From: the human T2T-CHM13v2.0 reference genome, Homo sapiens
Length of the DNA: 64,000 bases
Strand: one strand, 5' to 3'
Assembly (NCBI RefSeq): GCF_009914755.1
Contig: NC_060936.1
Below the pieces are notes generated by a model. It worked only from the letters and a program-made list of their open reading frames with translations, did not search any database and had not been told where the DNA came from. The stretch's first letter is position 1, and each line of letters opens with the position of its first letter. This document shows, one piece after another, positions 44,204 through 58,983 of this stretch. A program made the translations under genes and the position numbers.

Positions 44204-44619
44204 GGGTTTTATAACACCTTAACCTCAAGATGTTGGCAATTGAAGATGGAAAAAGAGCAAAGACTGCTCTAACTTCTTCCTGCTGATCAAGGGCATAGTG
44301 AGGGTAGGTGTCGACCCCAAGGTAAGGGGAGTAGAACTGCTTTGCAACTGTCTGAGAGTACTCATGCAGGCCTGGCTGGGGTTCCAAGGCTTGCATGGCA
44401 AAGGCGTTAGTATTATTATTTGCAGTTTTAGTACCACGTTTGAGGGAATAGTATGCTATAACGTAAATAATGAGTACTAGTGTAAGGAATGCAATTCCCA
44501 GTTTTAAAAGCAAAAATTTTAAAGCATTACTTTGGCAACTTGTAGCCCACAAAGAATTTAGGATTTAGCCAAACTGAAGAAAAAACTCAAGAACAGCTAA
44601 TAGCAGATGTACTATAGAC

Positions 44620-44938
<319 letters not shown>

Positions 44939-45382
44939 CAGATGTACTATAGTTTTTTGAAGCATAATTTTTTTCTTTCTAGTTTCCATTTTTATTAAAA
45001 ACAAATTATGATAGAACTGATTTGTTTGCAAAAGTAAATTTTAGTCTTATTATATTTGGTCTGATTATTTGCATAAAGTGTAGCAAGAATGATTATTTCC
45101 CACAGAGGCTTTTTAAATTGGCTTTGATGGAACTCTATTCCATAAGGAATCTTAGATAAGACTTTTTAAAGCTGAGCCCAGCCATGGGTTTTTAAGCTTA
45201 AATACCTATAAGTTGGGTAAATTTCTCTTGACATCCCAAGATAACTTGGGGCTCCTGAGCCTGTTAGAAAGTGACATTTTTTTACTTACTACAGGTCGGG
45301 AACCCTGTACAGGGATTGTGTAGACAAGGTATGAGGTCAGTTTTCCCAAGGGGCTTTTATTGGCTTTGTAAGTCAACTTTGA

Positions 45383-45697
45383 TTTTTTTTTTGTTTGCTT
45401 TTTTTTTGTTTTGCTGAGACAGAGTCTTGTTCTGTTGTCCAGGCTGGAGTGCAGTGGCACCATCTCGCTCACTGCAACCTCTGCCTCCTAGGTTCAAGCA
45501 ATTCTCCTGCCTCAGCCTCCCAAGTAGCTGGGATTACAGGTGTGCGCCACCACATCTGGCTAATTTTTTGTATTTTTAGTAGAGAGAGCGTTTCCCTATG
45601 TTGGCCAGCTGGTCTCAAACTTCTGACCTCAGGTGATCCACCCGCCTCAGCCTCCCAAAGTGCTGGGATTACAGGCATGAGCCACTGTGCCCAGCCA
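45383..45697 (-). mobile_element. AluS inside the ERV internal region, no visible TSD
   Basis: Flanks AAGTCAACTTTGA and ACATTAGTGCATC do not match. Confidence 0.9.
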
Positions 45698-47931
45698 CAT
45701 TAGTGCATCTCTAATGCTAAAGGTAGTTTTCAAATACAATTTTATAAATCTATTCAGTTTTAATTAATTTGACCAGAAGGTAAGATTTCCATAAACTTTT
45801 TAGAACCCTTTACAATTTTCCATTAAACAGCAGATTAATTTTTTAAGAAAACCGTATTATTTGGACACATGGGCCCATAAAATCAGTATGATTTTAATGT
45901 TTTAACCTATAGAAACAAGCTAAATAATCTCCTTTAAATTTTAGCCAACTTGCTTATACCCACAGAATGTTTTACAAGGTTAACCCTTTACAAACCCTTT
46001 TTTAATTTGCTTAAACCTTCAATTTTGTCCCATTACTCTTCTAGGTTAAGACAATCTTTTAAAACCCTCTGAACTAGACAAAATTACATTCTCTTTAACA
46101 AAAAGCATATTCCCATATCTTCTTATAATCTCCCACCAAGATTACATTCTGCTTTTCTTCTATACCTGACAACTTATATGTAAAACTGTTTCTCCAGTAG
46201 TCTCAATTGTATGTTACAATGTTAACTCTTAGCAACTTTTATTTTTGGTGAAAAACCTAATAAGTAGGCGATTTATTTAGGTACGAGGTGTGGAGCCTAG
46301 GACATCAGGAGTACTGACCCTTTTCAGCATAGCTAGGGGACATGGCTTTCCATATGTCCCCAGGCCTTATCTATAATATCATACTCCAAAGTAGGTAAAT
46401 TGAACAATTTTCAAAAGTCAAAGAAGCAGTTTATGACTTAAAGCATTTAGCAAATCTAATATCTGACCTTAATTTAGACCAAATGTCTAAATTTTGAAGA
46501 CATTTTTATTTTACTAATAATCTTTAAAAGTGAAGGGTTACTTCTTGTTGTTACTTCTTGTTGTGAACAAGAAGGCATTAAAGTTTCTATTTTTCTGATA
46601 AAATATGATTTAAGTGCTTTTTTTTCTAAGCCAATTAATCAGCTCTTTTATATATAAACATCACACACACACATATAAATACACAGACAGACAGAAGATC
46701 CAGTAGTTGTAAGACTTTTCATTTGCCAGTTTTTTAATTGGATTACTGGCTTCAGGGTGGATCCCTTGGATGAGCAGGGCCAGGAAAGCATGCAGTTTTT
46801 AGGACCTAATAAGTAGGCACAGCTGGAAGGCAAAGACAAATCCTCAAAATTAAAGGTGCCATTTTATACTGGATCCTGGATCCCCAAAAAGGAGGGAAAT
46901 ACTACAAGAGAAGATAGTGCAGTGCTTCTACCATGCATTTCATTGCAAGGCAATTCAAAGCCAATCAGCCCATTTTTTAATTAGCCCATCCCCAACGGGA
47001 GTCTCATCTTTCAGTGGGGGTTGGGGATGTTTCCATATCCCACTTCCAAGTGGCCAAGAGCATGCTTCTTTGACCCAAGCAAGTAAAGAGATAAGTATCT
47101 CTTCATAACTGACATTAGCCATTTCTTAAAGTATATATATATTTTTTACCTAGTTATTACACACCAAGGCTAAAAGCTTTCCCATAAAATAATTTGATTA
47201 TTATTTCCCATAAAGTAATTTGATACCCTCAAAAGTCAAAACCATTAGCTAAAGCAAGGCAAAACAAAACAGAGCCTTAGATTTTGAGAGGGATTTATTG
47301 TTTTCAATTCCTGGGGTTCCATGAGGAAAAGAAGTTTTTCCCAGAATGGGGTCTGTGGTGCCATCTCTGTTTTTCCCCAGGAGTCCCAGGTTGTTAGTAA
47401 TTATCTTGAGTTTTTTCCTGTGGACATTAACAGTGGCAAGAAGACAAAATGGAGAAAAACAATTCAGTCTACTGAGAAGAAAAAAACTTTTTCAGAAAAA
47501 CACAACTCAAGAAGAGGAAAAAAGATAAAGGCCTTTTAAATATGTATACCTTGGGTATCCATTTTTAATTAAGTTGAATTTAACCATAAAGTTCTTTTCT
47601 CAAAAAAAAATTGCTTATTACCCAGGACAGCCAATATTTTTGGCTTTTGAATTGTACCACAGGTAACCTTCCATGAGAAATTAGTAAGTTTTAACTAAGG
47701 TTATGACTTAACCATGGATGCACAAGGTGTTTCAAAGACATGATAAGCAGTTTTTTTCCTTATTTATTTCTTTTCTTCTTTTTTTTTTAACAAGATTTAG
47801 AATCTCCACAAGGGTCGTTCAGAGAAAGGAAAATCCAATCAGGAAATCAGAAGCTATCCATGGGGCAGGGGGAAAAATACACCTCAATATTAGTGGCAAA
47901 GTTACACAAATGACAAACCAGAAAGGAATCA

Positions 47932-48004
47932 TTCTGGAAGCCAAGAATTGAACCCGAGCCACCATTGTCAAAAGGCAAAGCCTTACCTACTGAGCTACAC
48001 AGCA
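47932..48004 (-). pseudogene. tRNA-like (Glu-like) decayed module within the ERV internal region
   Basis: A-box-like TAGCTCAGTAGG; B-box GGGTTCAATTC; GTGGCTCGGGTTCAATTCTTGGC resembles tRNA-Glu GCGGCCCGGGTTCGATTCCCGGC. Confidence 0.6.
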
Positions 48005-48476
48005 TTGAGCAGTTTCTATTGCTGTGCCCTGAAGAAGTCTAGAGCAGCCAATTCCAAGCTTGCAAAGCCTCTTAACTGTTCAAAATAATTTTTAGGGCTA
48101 ACTATGACATGAACCCCCAAATTCCTGTCCTCTGGTTGGAGGAAACCAAAAGAAAGTATCTCCACATGGTCACAAAGTTAAGCTCTTGAGGACACAAAAC
48201 AAGACAGAGAAATTTCATCTGGTATTCGTTTCAGGGACCCTCAGCAAAGTTTGTAACAGACCAGCCTGCCAGGCTGGCTTGAAAAGCGGGAATATAGGAG
48301 TTCTAAACCTACGTTTTATCTTGTGATGCCCATCTCTCCATTATAGCACAACATAGAAAGACAAATTCTTAGCACAAAGTACACCAGATTTGCTACAACC
48401 TAAGACTAGTCTCACAAATCCTTTCTTCTATTAATCAAACCCTTGTAGAGGAGACAAATAGTGGTGTTTACCATTT

Positions 48477-48477
48477 A

Positions 48478-48548
<71 letters not shown>
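48477..48548. repeat. (CA)n(GA)n compound microsatellite
   Basis: Direct reading. Confidence 0.95.
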
Positions 48549-48554
<6 letters not shown>

Positions 48555-49329
48555 GAAACTTGGCTGGTAAGATTTTCTTATCCTTTTTGCTGGCATACTA
48601 GGTTTCCAGGTTCTCTTTCTTCGCAGCTTCCACAGGAACAGAGTGGCTTTTGATGATCCTGACCACTGTGCCATAACTGTGAGGGTCAAGCCACCCAACA
48701 AAAGAAAATCACCCCTTTCTGTTTTATGGAACCATAGGCAAAAGATTCTCAATTTTGCAAGATGTTGCCCAACAGGCTGCTTGGGGAACCAAATTAACAT
48801 TCTCCATCCCAACAAAATACACACAACAAAACAGACACTAGTCACCTCGTTCAGTACCCAATATTGATATGGCAAGGCTCAAACTTTCTCCTCTTGGTTT
48901 CTGTTGCCTTTGATCTACTCCAGGTGGTTGAGGGATGACTTCAGAACAGTAATTCAATGGGTGGTCTCTGGGAAAGACAAAGAGCAGACAGTCACCCCAA
49001 GTCAGTCCTGTTGAGCTTACTTCAGGGTTCACTGAATGTAACCACACAAATAAGGAGGGTTCTCCGAGTTAGGCCTGTTGGACTTCTGTCAGCAATTCCT
49101 TCAGAGATCCCCTCCACATATACAAACACACATAAACACAAGACAGACAGAAGGCCTTCCAAATCAAGATCCCTAACCAAGAATTCCAGGAGTACTTCTT
49201 CTAAACTATCTTACTATTCTCCATTTGAGAAATCTCCCCAACATCTTCTGATGGAGGAGAAGTCTCCCAAACCAAGACTCTTCCTACTAGTTAGGGAGAG
49301 CCAACTGAGAACCCCCAGGAGCTGAACTG

Positions 49330-49562
49330 AGACAGACACCCCATGGTGGAGCTCCAGGCAGACACCCCACAATGCGGCTACAGCTAGACACCCCACCATG
49401 GGGTTACAGAACCAGTCAGGAGAAGGAAGGAGACATTGGCAGTGCCTAGGATACTCACCAACCCAGATACTCCATAATGGGGCTATAGCTACAGACACTC
49501 CATGACCTGGCTACAGCACCCCGCCATGGAGCTATGGACAGACACCCTGTGACAGGGCTTCA
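49330..49562 (-). repeat. Imperfect 26-28-bp tandem repeats in the ERV leader
   Basis: About 7 units of CAGACACCCC-N(5-8)-GGRGCTACAG on + strand. Confidence 0.75.
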
Positions 49563-49756
49563 GTTATGAGATGTCTCCTGAGGACTATTTCTCCATTGCA
49601 ATTAAATCCATGCACATTGGGTTGGCAGTGCCCAACTGGAAGAGACGGTGCCAGAGTCACCCACTGTCCAAGAAAATTAGGTGGCCACTTGAGCTGACCT
49701 CCAGATCCATTGCCAGAGGCAGGCTACCAAACCATGGGCAGCTAGCCACAAGGGCT

Positions 49757-49774
49757 ATCCTGGACAAGCCCCCA
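49757..49774 (-). promoter_or_regulatory. Primer-binding site, tRNA-Pro
   Basis: TGGGGGCTTGTCCAGGAT vs canonical TGGGGGCTCGTCCGGGAT (two CpG-type transitions), 4 nt after the LTR's CA. Confidence 0.9.
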
Positions 49775-50388
49775 AATTTGTAACTGCCCAATGGGTTCAC
49801 CTTGCCCACTGCCTAGACAGAGCCAATTTATTAACACAGGGGAATTGCAATAGAGAAAAAGTAGTTTACACAGAGCCAGCTGTGCAGGAGACTGGAGTTT
49901 TATTATTACTCAAATCAGTCTCTTGAAGTGTTCCTTTATGCTCAGAAGAATGACTCATTAAGTCAAGTGAATGGTTTTATCTGATAAATTCTCTCCCTAA
50001 TAGCAGAAGTCATGGCCACAAGTCCCTGAGATTAGTATGGGAATTTGGGTAGGTGGGTTTATTTTAAAGAGAAAAAGAGTTACAAAAATGAGAGATGTGT
50101 GCCTCAAAGATCAAACCTCATATTTTTCTAAATTTATCCCAAGACCAGCCCTACCAGAATTTATTAAAAGTCTGATCTCCAGGAAATCACGTAAGCTTTT
50201 GCATTCAGCAAGACTAATCAAGATGGTCTCAGCCTTTGAGAGAAATCTATGAAAAGGAGCAATTCAAAGAAAAGAGGTAAACATCATATTATGAGAATGC
50301 CGGCATTTTTTTCCATAAGCTGAGTCCTCCATCCTAAACCAGCTTCATCAGCTTGAGCATCCTTAAAAGTTTCACAGCTGACAAAATA

Positions 50389-50720
50389 TAGTCATGCACT
50401 ACATAACAACCTTTCAGTCAATGACAGACTGCACACACCACAGAGGTACCATAAGATTATAATACTGTATTTTTATTGTACTTTTTCTATGTTTAAATAT
50501 GTTTGACTACACAAACACTTTCCACTATGTTACAGTTGCCTACAGTATTCAGTACAGCAACATGCTGTACAGGTTTATAGTCTGAGAACAATAGGCTATA
50601 CCATGTGGTCTGGGTGTGTAGTGGGCTGCAGCATCTAGGTTTATGTAAGTATATTCTATGATGTTCACACAATTATGCACTTCTCAGAACATATCCCCAT
50701 TGTTAAGCAACACATGACTG
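50389..50720 (+). mobile_element. Tigger3a (Golem_A) MITE
   Basis: TIRs (C)AGTCATGC / CATGACTG; TA TSD; TACAGTTGCCTACAGTATTCAGTACAG. Confidence 0.88.
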
Positions 50721-50799
50721 TATATTAATTCAGTATTTTGTTCCTAGAGTCTCATAACAGATGTTTCTCCCCCATGGCACATAAACAAGCAGTAAACCA

Positions 50800-51015
50800 T
50801 ACCAGCTTTTCAGTCACTTAGGCCTGGATTCAAATCCTGACTCTTCAGCTTAGCCATGTGACCATGGGGAGGTCATTTAACTGCCCTAAACCTTGTTTTC
50901 TCAACTGCGAACTGGGAATCATTGTCCCTATCCCATAGAATTGCTTGGAAGATGACATAAAAATAATGCATTAAAGAGCTTACGGAAGTGCAGGTCATAC
51001 AATCAGCACTTAATG
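50800..51015 (+). mobile_element. MIR
   Basis: CCTGGATTCAAATCCTGACTCT...TGTGACC. Confidence 0.7.
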
Positions 51016-51788
51016 GGAGAAAGTTAAAAAGAAGGGCCAGGTGAGGGGAACTGGCAAAGACAGAGAAAGAGTGTGGAGCTCCTGAGAGACACAAGTGCAT
51101 GGGTTCCAGGTGATGCATTGCTTGGGCAAAACCACACACACCAAGTCTCAAAAGAAGTTGAAAAGCCTGAGAGAAAGCAGGCCTGGAATTTACAAATGGA
51201 AAGAGTCCTATCTCTCTTGTATTTTCTCTTGGAACATGTGAGATGAGTTCACCCAGAGACAGGAAAGAAAACACCAAGGACCGCCCAGGCATTACAGCAT
51301 GGGTTCTGCCTGAAGAGGCCCATGACAAAAGAGAATTTAGGGTAGGACATCCACCTGGAAAACTTCCAGGCAGAGTGGTGCCTGGGAAGCTGCTAAAAGC
51401 TTAAATAAGGGGGAGTAAACCAGAGAGCTGGACGAAAAAATAAAAAGCCAAAAGGACCCTCCTGGTCTCCCTGCAGATTGCCAGCCTCATCCCATGAAAC
51501 TGGCCTCAGTTATTACAGACAGAAGAATTTCCTGCTGGAAAGCTCTTTGACCTTACTGAGCTTGGCCTAGGATATTCAACATTCTCAGGCTTGGCATGGC
51601 ATTCCCCAGTAAGATTTTCTCTTTCTGGAAAAAAGTAATACAGAAAAAGAAAAGGCAACTATATAGTGAAAATACCAAAGAATGTCAGGAATCTGAATCA
51701 TGGGGAAGAGAATTCCTAAATTTATCTTTCCCAAAGTTATTTTTATCAAGGAGAAAGACATTTCCTTACTGAGGCTCTGAATCTATAA

Positions 51789-52129
<341 letters not shown>

Positions 52130-52579
52130 TAGGCACTTTGCATACCTCTTTCTGTATCAACCCTTTTCCCTCCTGCCCACATAGCTGTGAGAAGAATTTC
52201 AACAGGCCCAGCAAATGACATAAAATGATATACCATGTGCATTTTGGAGGCTGAGGTATGAGGACTGAGAGTTGTAAATAAAGTGCTGACCCAAGTGAGA
52301 TCCAAAGAGCACCTGGGAAGCTCTGGGTGCAGGGTAGCAGCCCAGAGCCGCTGGCCCCTTCCTGGCCATCTGGGTGCTGGGCATTGATTTCTCAACAAGA
52401 AGACTCTGCTACCTCCCCTCACCAGGCCTCTATTCTTCTGAGAAACACAAAGCAATAATAAAAGAAAGTGTTAACCAAATAAATAAATAAATAGTGCTGA
52501 AAAGGGCTCACTGCATCCTGGAGTTGCAGCTCCTGTAGCTGTAATAATGAATCTGGTAGCCCTTAGTGATTCTCCTTTA

Positions 52580-52869
52580 TTTGTTTTGAGTTGGGGTCTC
52601 ACTCTGTCACCCAGGCTGGAGTGCAATGGTACCATCTTGGCTCACTGCAGCCTCTACCTCCTAGGTTCAAGTGATTCTCCCACCTCAGCCTCTTGAGTAG
52701 CTGGGATTACAGGCACCTGCCATCAGGCCCAGCTAATTTTTGTATTTTTAGTAGAGACAGTGTTTCACCATTTTGGCCTGTCTGGTCTTGAACTCCTAAC
52801 CTCAGGAGATCCACCTGCCTCAGCCTCCCAAAGTGTTGGGATTACAGGCCTGAGCCACCACACCTGGCC
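52580..52869 (-). mobile_element. AluS/J
   Basis: TSD TTCTCCTTTATTT. Confidence 0.93.
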
Positions 52870-53472
52870 TTCTCCTTTATTTCTCTAAGCCTAGTTTCCT
52901 ACCTGTCTGAGGAGACCAAGCAGGGAATAAACAGAGAGCATCTGCAACGCCTTGTTAGAGGGAACTGCTGTCCTCAAGCATCCAACAACCCCAGTGAGGA
53001 AAATACGGCCAAACCTCCCTCCCAGTGTTACAGGAAGCAAGGCTAGAAATTGGACCAGCGATAAGTTTTCCAAGAAAGTGAATCACACACGTGAGACTTC
53101 AGGACCACTTAATGCAGAGCAGATTTTCGGACCACTTAATCCATGGAAAAAAAATAAACGGATTAATAGTTGCATAGAAAAAAATATGCTTTAATAAAAA
53201 ACAATGCATCACTTATGCATACCCTTCTGGGTTATGAGATTGTAGCCATGTTTATTGTCTTTGAGCTACTTTGTAAATCTTCGTAAGTTGTAGGTAACTG
53301 ATAGATATATAACTTCTGTCCTATCTGGTAGTGATTTAATTGACTCCCCCTGGCCCTATCCTTCACTCATGGATAAAACAGTTTTGCCTCCATTTGCAAT
53401 TCATCTCAGCATTCCTTTACTTGTAAAAAAAAAAAAAAACCTGTGCTGTTTTGACTTTTCCTTTGAGCCAGT

Positions 53473-53952
53473 TGCTATGGGTTGAATTGTGTCCCCTTCC
53501 CCCAAAAATATTGAAGATATGTCCCAACCCCCAGTACCTGGGAATGTGAGCTTATTTGGAAATAGGGTCTTTGCAGACGATCAAGATGAGGCCATGAGAG
53601 TGGGCCCTGATATAATATGACTGTGTCCTTAAGAAAAATAAAAGGTGATTTAGACACAGAGACAAATTACCTTCCTCTTCATGCATACACAAAAGAATGC
53701 CAAGTGAAGAGGAAGTGAGAGATAGGATGATATGTCTCCCAGCTAAGGAACACAGAGGATTGCCACCAAAACCACCAGAAACTGGGAGAGATACACAGAA
53801 TAGATTCCCCTCAAAGCCCCCAGAAGGAACCAACCCTACCAACACCTTGATTTGGAACTTCCAGCCTCGACAACTGTGAGAGAACAAATTTCCGTTGTTT
53901 AAGCCACCCAGTTTGTCATACCTTGCTGTGGCATCCCAAGCAGACAAATAAA
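53473..53952 (+). mobile_element. MLT1C-like solo LTR
   Basis: TGCTATGGGTTGAATTGTGTCCCC...; perfect 5-bp TSD CCAGT. Confidence 0.9.
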
Positions 53953-54050
53953 CCAGTTATAACATGTTTCTCATTCCCTAGTATCATATAAGCAAAATAA
54001 ATTTTTTAGCACATGTTCATTTTTGTATCTATAGAAGAGTCATGATTTCA

Positions 54051-54129
54051 TTAGGTTGGGGAAAAAGCTATTGTGATTTTTGCCATTAAAAGTAGTGATC
54101 CAAACCGCAATTACTTTGCACCAACCTAA
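54051..54129. mobile_element. MADE1 (Hsmar1 MITE)
   Basis: TTAGGTTGG...CCAACCTAA palindromic element of about 80 bp. Confidence 0.9.
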
Positions 54130-54522
54130 TACCTTTTTCTGAACGTTATCTTTTAACAGTTTCAGAGGATTCACCAAGATGTCCTGTGGATTTGCTGACC
54201 AGAGCCAGGTAGACTTCATCCACAGAAAAGTGCACCACATGGGCAGTTGAAGCACAGAAATATATTTTCCTGATTCATGAGGTCAAGTAACATGAAGTGA
54301 ACAATAGAACTTTGCTGACTCTGTTTTTCTAATTTTATTTTGCCCTTACTAATTTTGGTTTTGGTTTGTTTATAGCCAGTAAATTATTCCCCATTGAGAA
54401 TTAGTTTTATGGTCTGACCATTTATGATCTTTGTAAATGTCGCATAGAGATCTAGTCTCTGTTGGGTGAAAGGCTCCAGAGAATTTAGTTTGTTTGCCTT
54501 TTTGGTTGAGAATTTGGTTGCT

Positions 54523-54821
54523 TTTTTTTTTTTTTTTTTTTTTGAGTCAAAGTCTCACGCTGTTGCCTGGGCGGAGCTCAATAGCTTGATCTGGGCTCAC
54601 TGCAACCTCTGCCTCCTGGGTTCAAGTGATTCTCCTGCCTTTGCCTCCTGAGTAGCTGGGATTACAGGCACGCATCACCACACCCAGCTAACTTTTTGTA
54701 TTTTTAGTAGAGACGGGGTTTCACTATGTTGGCCAGGCTGTCTCAAACTCCTGACCTTGTGATCTGCCCGTCTTGGCCTCGCAAAATGCTGGGATTACAG
54801 GTGTGAGCCACAGTGCCCAGC
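54523..54821 (-). mobile_element. AluS
   Basis: TSD about GAATTTGGTT. Confidence 0.93.
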
Positions 54822-54987
54822 TGGAATTTGGTTTTATGATGAGATCATCGGAGGATCTCTGCAAATGAATTAAGAGTTTACATAGAACTTGTTTCTGCTG
54901 GGTGAGAGATAACAGAGAATCTAGTTTGTTAGTCTTTTCTGCATGTTCACCTTTATATTTTGAATGCAAATTATTAAGAGTTTAAAC

Positions 54988-55871
<884 letters not shown>

Positions 55872-56036
55872 ATACCTACTAGGAAAAAAGCTCTTTGACT
55901 GGTGAGTTTTATAAATGTATGTTTACTTTGACTCATGACTGAAAATCTAGAATTAAAACTATAAGCTCCCTCTGTCTGTTTCCACGCTTATGTTTCTGCA
56001 ATTCAGAAAGGCATTTAAATCTCACATAACAATTTT

Positions 56037-56215
56037 CTTATTTATTTATTTATTTATTATTTTATTATTATTATACTTTAAGTTTTAGGGTACATGTGCA
56101 CAATGTGCAGGTTAGTTACATATGTATACATGTGCCACGCTGGTGTGCTGCACCCATTAACTTGTCATTTAGCATTAGGTATATCTCCTAATGCTATCCC
56201 TCCCCCCTCCCCCCA
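56037..56215 (-). mobile_element. Very short young L1PA (PA2/PA3-like) 3' end
   Basis: TTTTAGGGTACATGTGCAC...AGGTTAGTTAC; TSD TCACATAA(C/T)AATTTT at 56022-56036 and 56216-56230. Confidence 0.93.
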
Positions 56216-57049
56216 TCACATAATAATTTTCACCTCTTGTTGGTATTAATAAATTGGGTTAGAAAATCCCTGAAATTAAAGGAGCTCTATTCTGATTAGC
56301 TTATAGAGATAAATAAGTGTTTGTATTGATTGTTTCTAGAATTGCTAGAAAATAAGGAAATCGAACTTCTAATATTTTCAATGTAATTTTTATAGAAAGT
56401 AACATGGAAATGTTTTAAGATTGCAAGTTCACATAATTTAGGTAAGTCTTCAGCAACCAAGACTAGTTAAATAATTTTGGTTTAATAAAAACAGCTACAG
56501 ATTAGCTGATAATCAGATTAGTTAGATAAATTCTGATTTATCAGCATTAAATATAATACCTGCTAGTATTTTAATTCTACTTGGGCATGTACTTCTTAAC
56601 ACAGGTTTCTTGATTGAACAAGCTACCATTACTTCTACTTAATACTTAAGATTACAGAAAATATAAATTTGTGTTTCATTGACTCATTCTCACAATTTTG
56701 TTTGCCTCGGGTTATGGCTTGTGCAAACAATGAGTCTGAAAGGCTACGAAAGCTGTCAAATTTTGCTCAATTTTGACAGACTTGTTCCCTTGGTTACTGT
56801 TTATTGCCTTCATCTACAAGATGAAGGGCTTTTTGTTTTTCTTATGTAATCGGCGTAGACAGCAAAGATTCTGTGTTTTACTGGAATAGCCTTCAATGGT
56901 TTATGCTGAATTTATTATTATGTCCTTGACTATTTAAGAAAACAAAAGTTTCTCAGTTAGGAAAGATCTAAGCCTCCTTACAGTCATGTTACCTTCTATG
57001 TTTACTTTTTAAATACTTTATTGTCACTTAGAAATGAGGAGCCAAAGAG

Positions 57050-57390
57050 TTTTGTTTCAGTTTTTGTTTTGTTTTGGGTTTGTTTTTTGTTTGTTTGTTT
57101 GTTTTGAGACGAAGTCTCGCTTTGTTGCCCAGGCTGGAGTGCAGTGGCACAATCTCGGCTTACTGCAACCTCCACCTCCCCAGTTCAAGCAATTTTTCTG
57201 CCTCAGCCTCCCCAGTAGCTAGAATCACAGGCATATGCCACCATGCCTGGCTAATTTTTGTATTTTTAGTAGAGACGGGGTTTCACCCCCATGTTGGCCA
57301 GGCTGGTCTCGAACTCCTGACCTCAGGTGATCCACCAGCCTCAGCCTCCCAAAGTGCGAAATTACAGGTGTGAGCCACTGTACCCAGCTC
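57050..57390 (-). mobile_element. AluS
   Basis: Dimer; TSD CCAAA(G/T)AGTTTT. Confidence 0.93.
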
Positions 57391-57872
57391 CCAAATAGTT
57401 TTTTAGACACCTAGATCCGATTCCTGTCATAGTGTTCAAATTGCCTGACAGTGTCTGGTTTTTGCCTCCCTAAAATGGAATTCTAAATATAAAATAAAAT
57501 GAAGCTTTCAGGATTTTTTTTGCTACTAAAGCTATTTTGAGATTTCCTAGGGGGCCCCTGGAAAATCACAAAGACTTATTTTTTAGCCTTTTGAAAAGAG
57601 AGGTGTTAGAAATAATTAGGTTTACTTGCTGGATTACTATTGATGAACCACATGAAAGGCTTGTGAAATCAGAAGAGATGCTCAGCCTTTCCTAGGTTAA
57701 ATTGGTATATGTTGCATGTTGTTAGTATATTTCAGAAACTGTACGCTATATGGGCATTTTCCAGAGCTTTGCAGTGTCCTCGCCGTCCATGACACATTTC
57801 TTCTTATTAGGGCCCTAGTGCTGCTTTGCCATATTAGACAATGACACTACAGTGTTATCACTCATGATTTCA

Positions 57873-58011
57873 GTTTTGTTTTGTTTTTTTTAATAGAAAT
57901 GGGGTCTCACTCTGTCATCCATGCTGGTCTCAAACTCCTGGGTTCAAGTGATCATCCTGCCTCAGCCTCCCAAAGTGCTGGAATTACAGATGAGAGCCAC
58001 TGTGCCTGGCC
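57873..58011 (-). mobile_element. FLAM
   Basis: Monomer; TSD ATTTCAGTT. Confidence 0.85.
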
Positions 58012-58330
58012 CAATTTCAGTTGCTTTCTAAGTGTTAACTTGATCACAGCTTTACTTATTTAATTTGAATCTAGTATCTTCTAGGGCAGTGGTTTTCAAC
58101 TGGGGATTGACATCACTTACATAATTTTACTAACAAACAGATGTCTAAGAATTACTGAGGACCACGAACTCTCTTTACTTGATATTCTTGATATATTTTT
58201 GTTATATTCTTACTTAGCAAATTCATGTTATATTATGTTTCAGCATTATTACGTTATATCTCAAGATTTTTTTCTCTGGAAAGATTATGTTCATCCATTT
58301 TTATAAATTAGATATAACGTTCACTGTCTT

Positions 58331-58983
<653 letters not shown>

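Noticed and set aside
49330-49562. Repeat-spacer pattern as CRISPR-like
   Set aside because: Degenerate head-to-tail units without unique spacers, inside a primate ERV leader; no cas genes.
58083-58170. hAT-like terminus CAGTGGTTTTCAACTGGGG
   Set aside because: No matching second TIR or 8-bp TSD found; too short to call.
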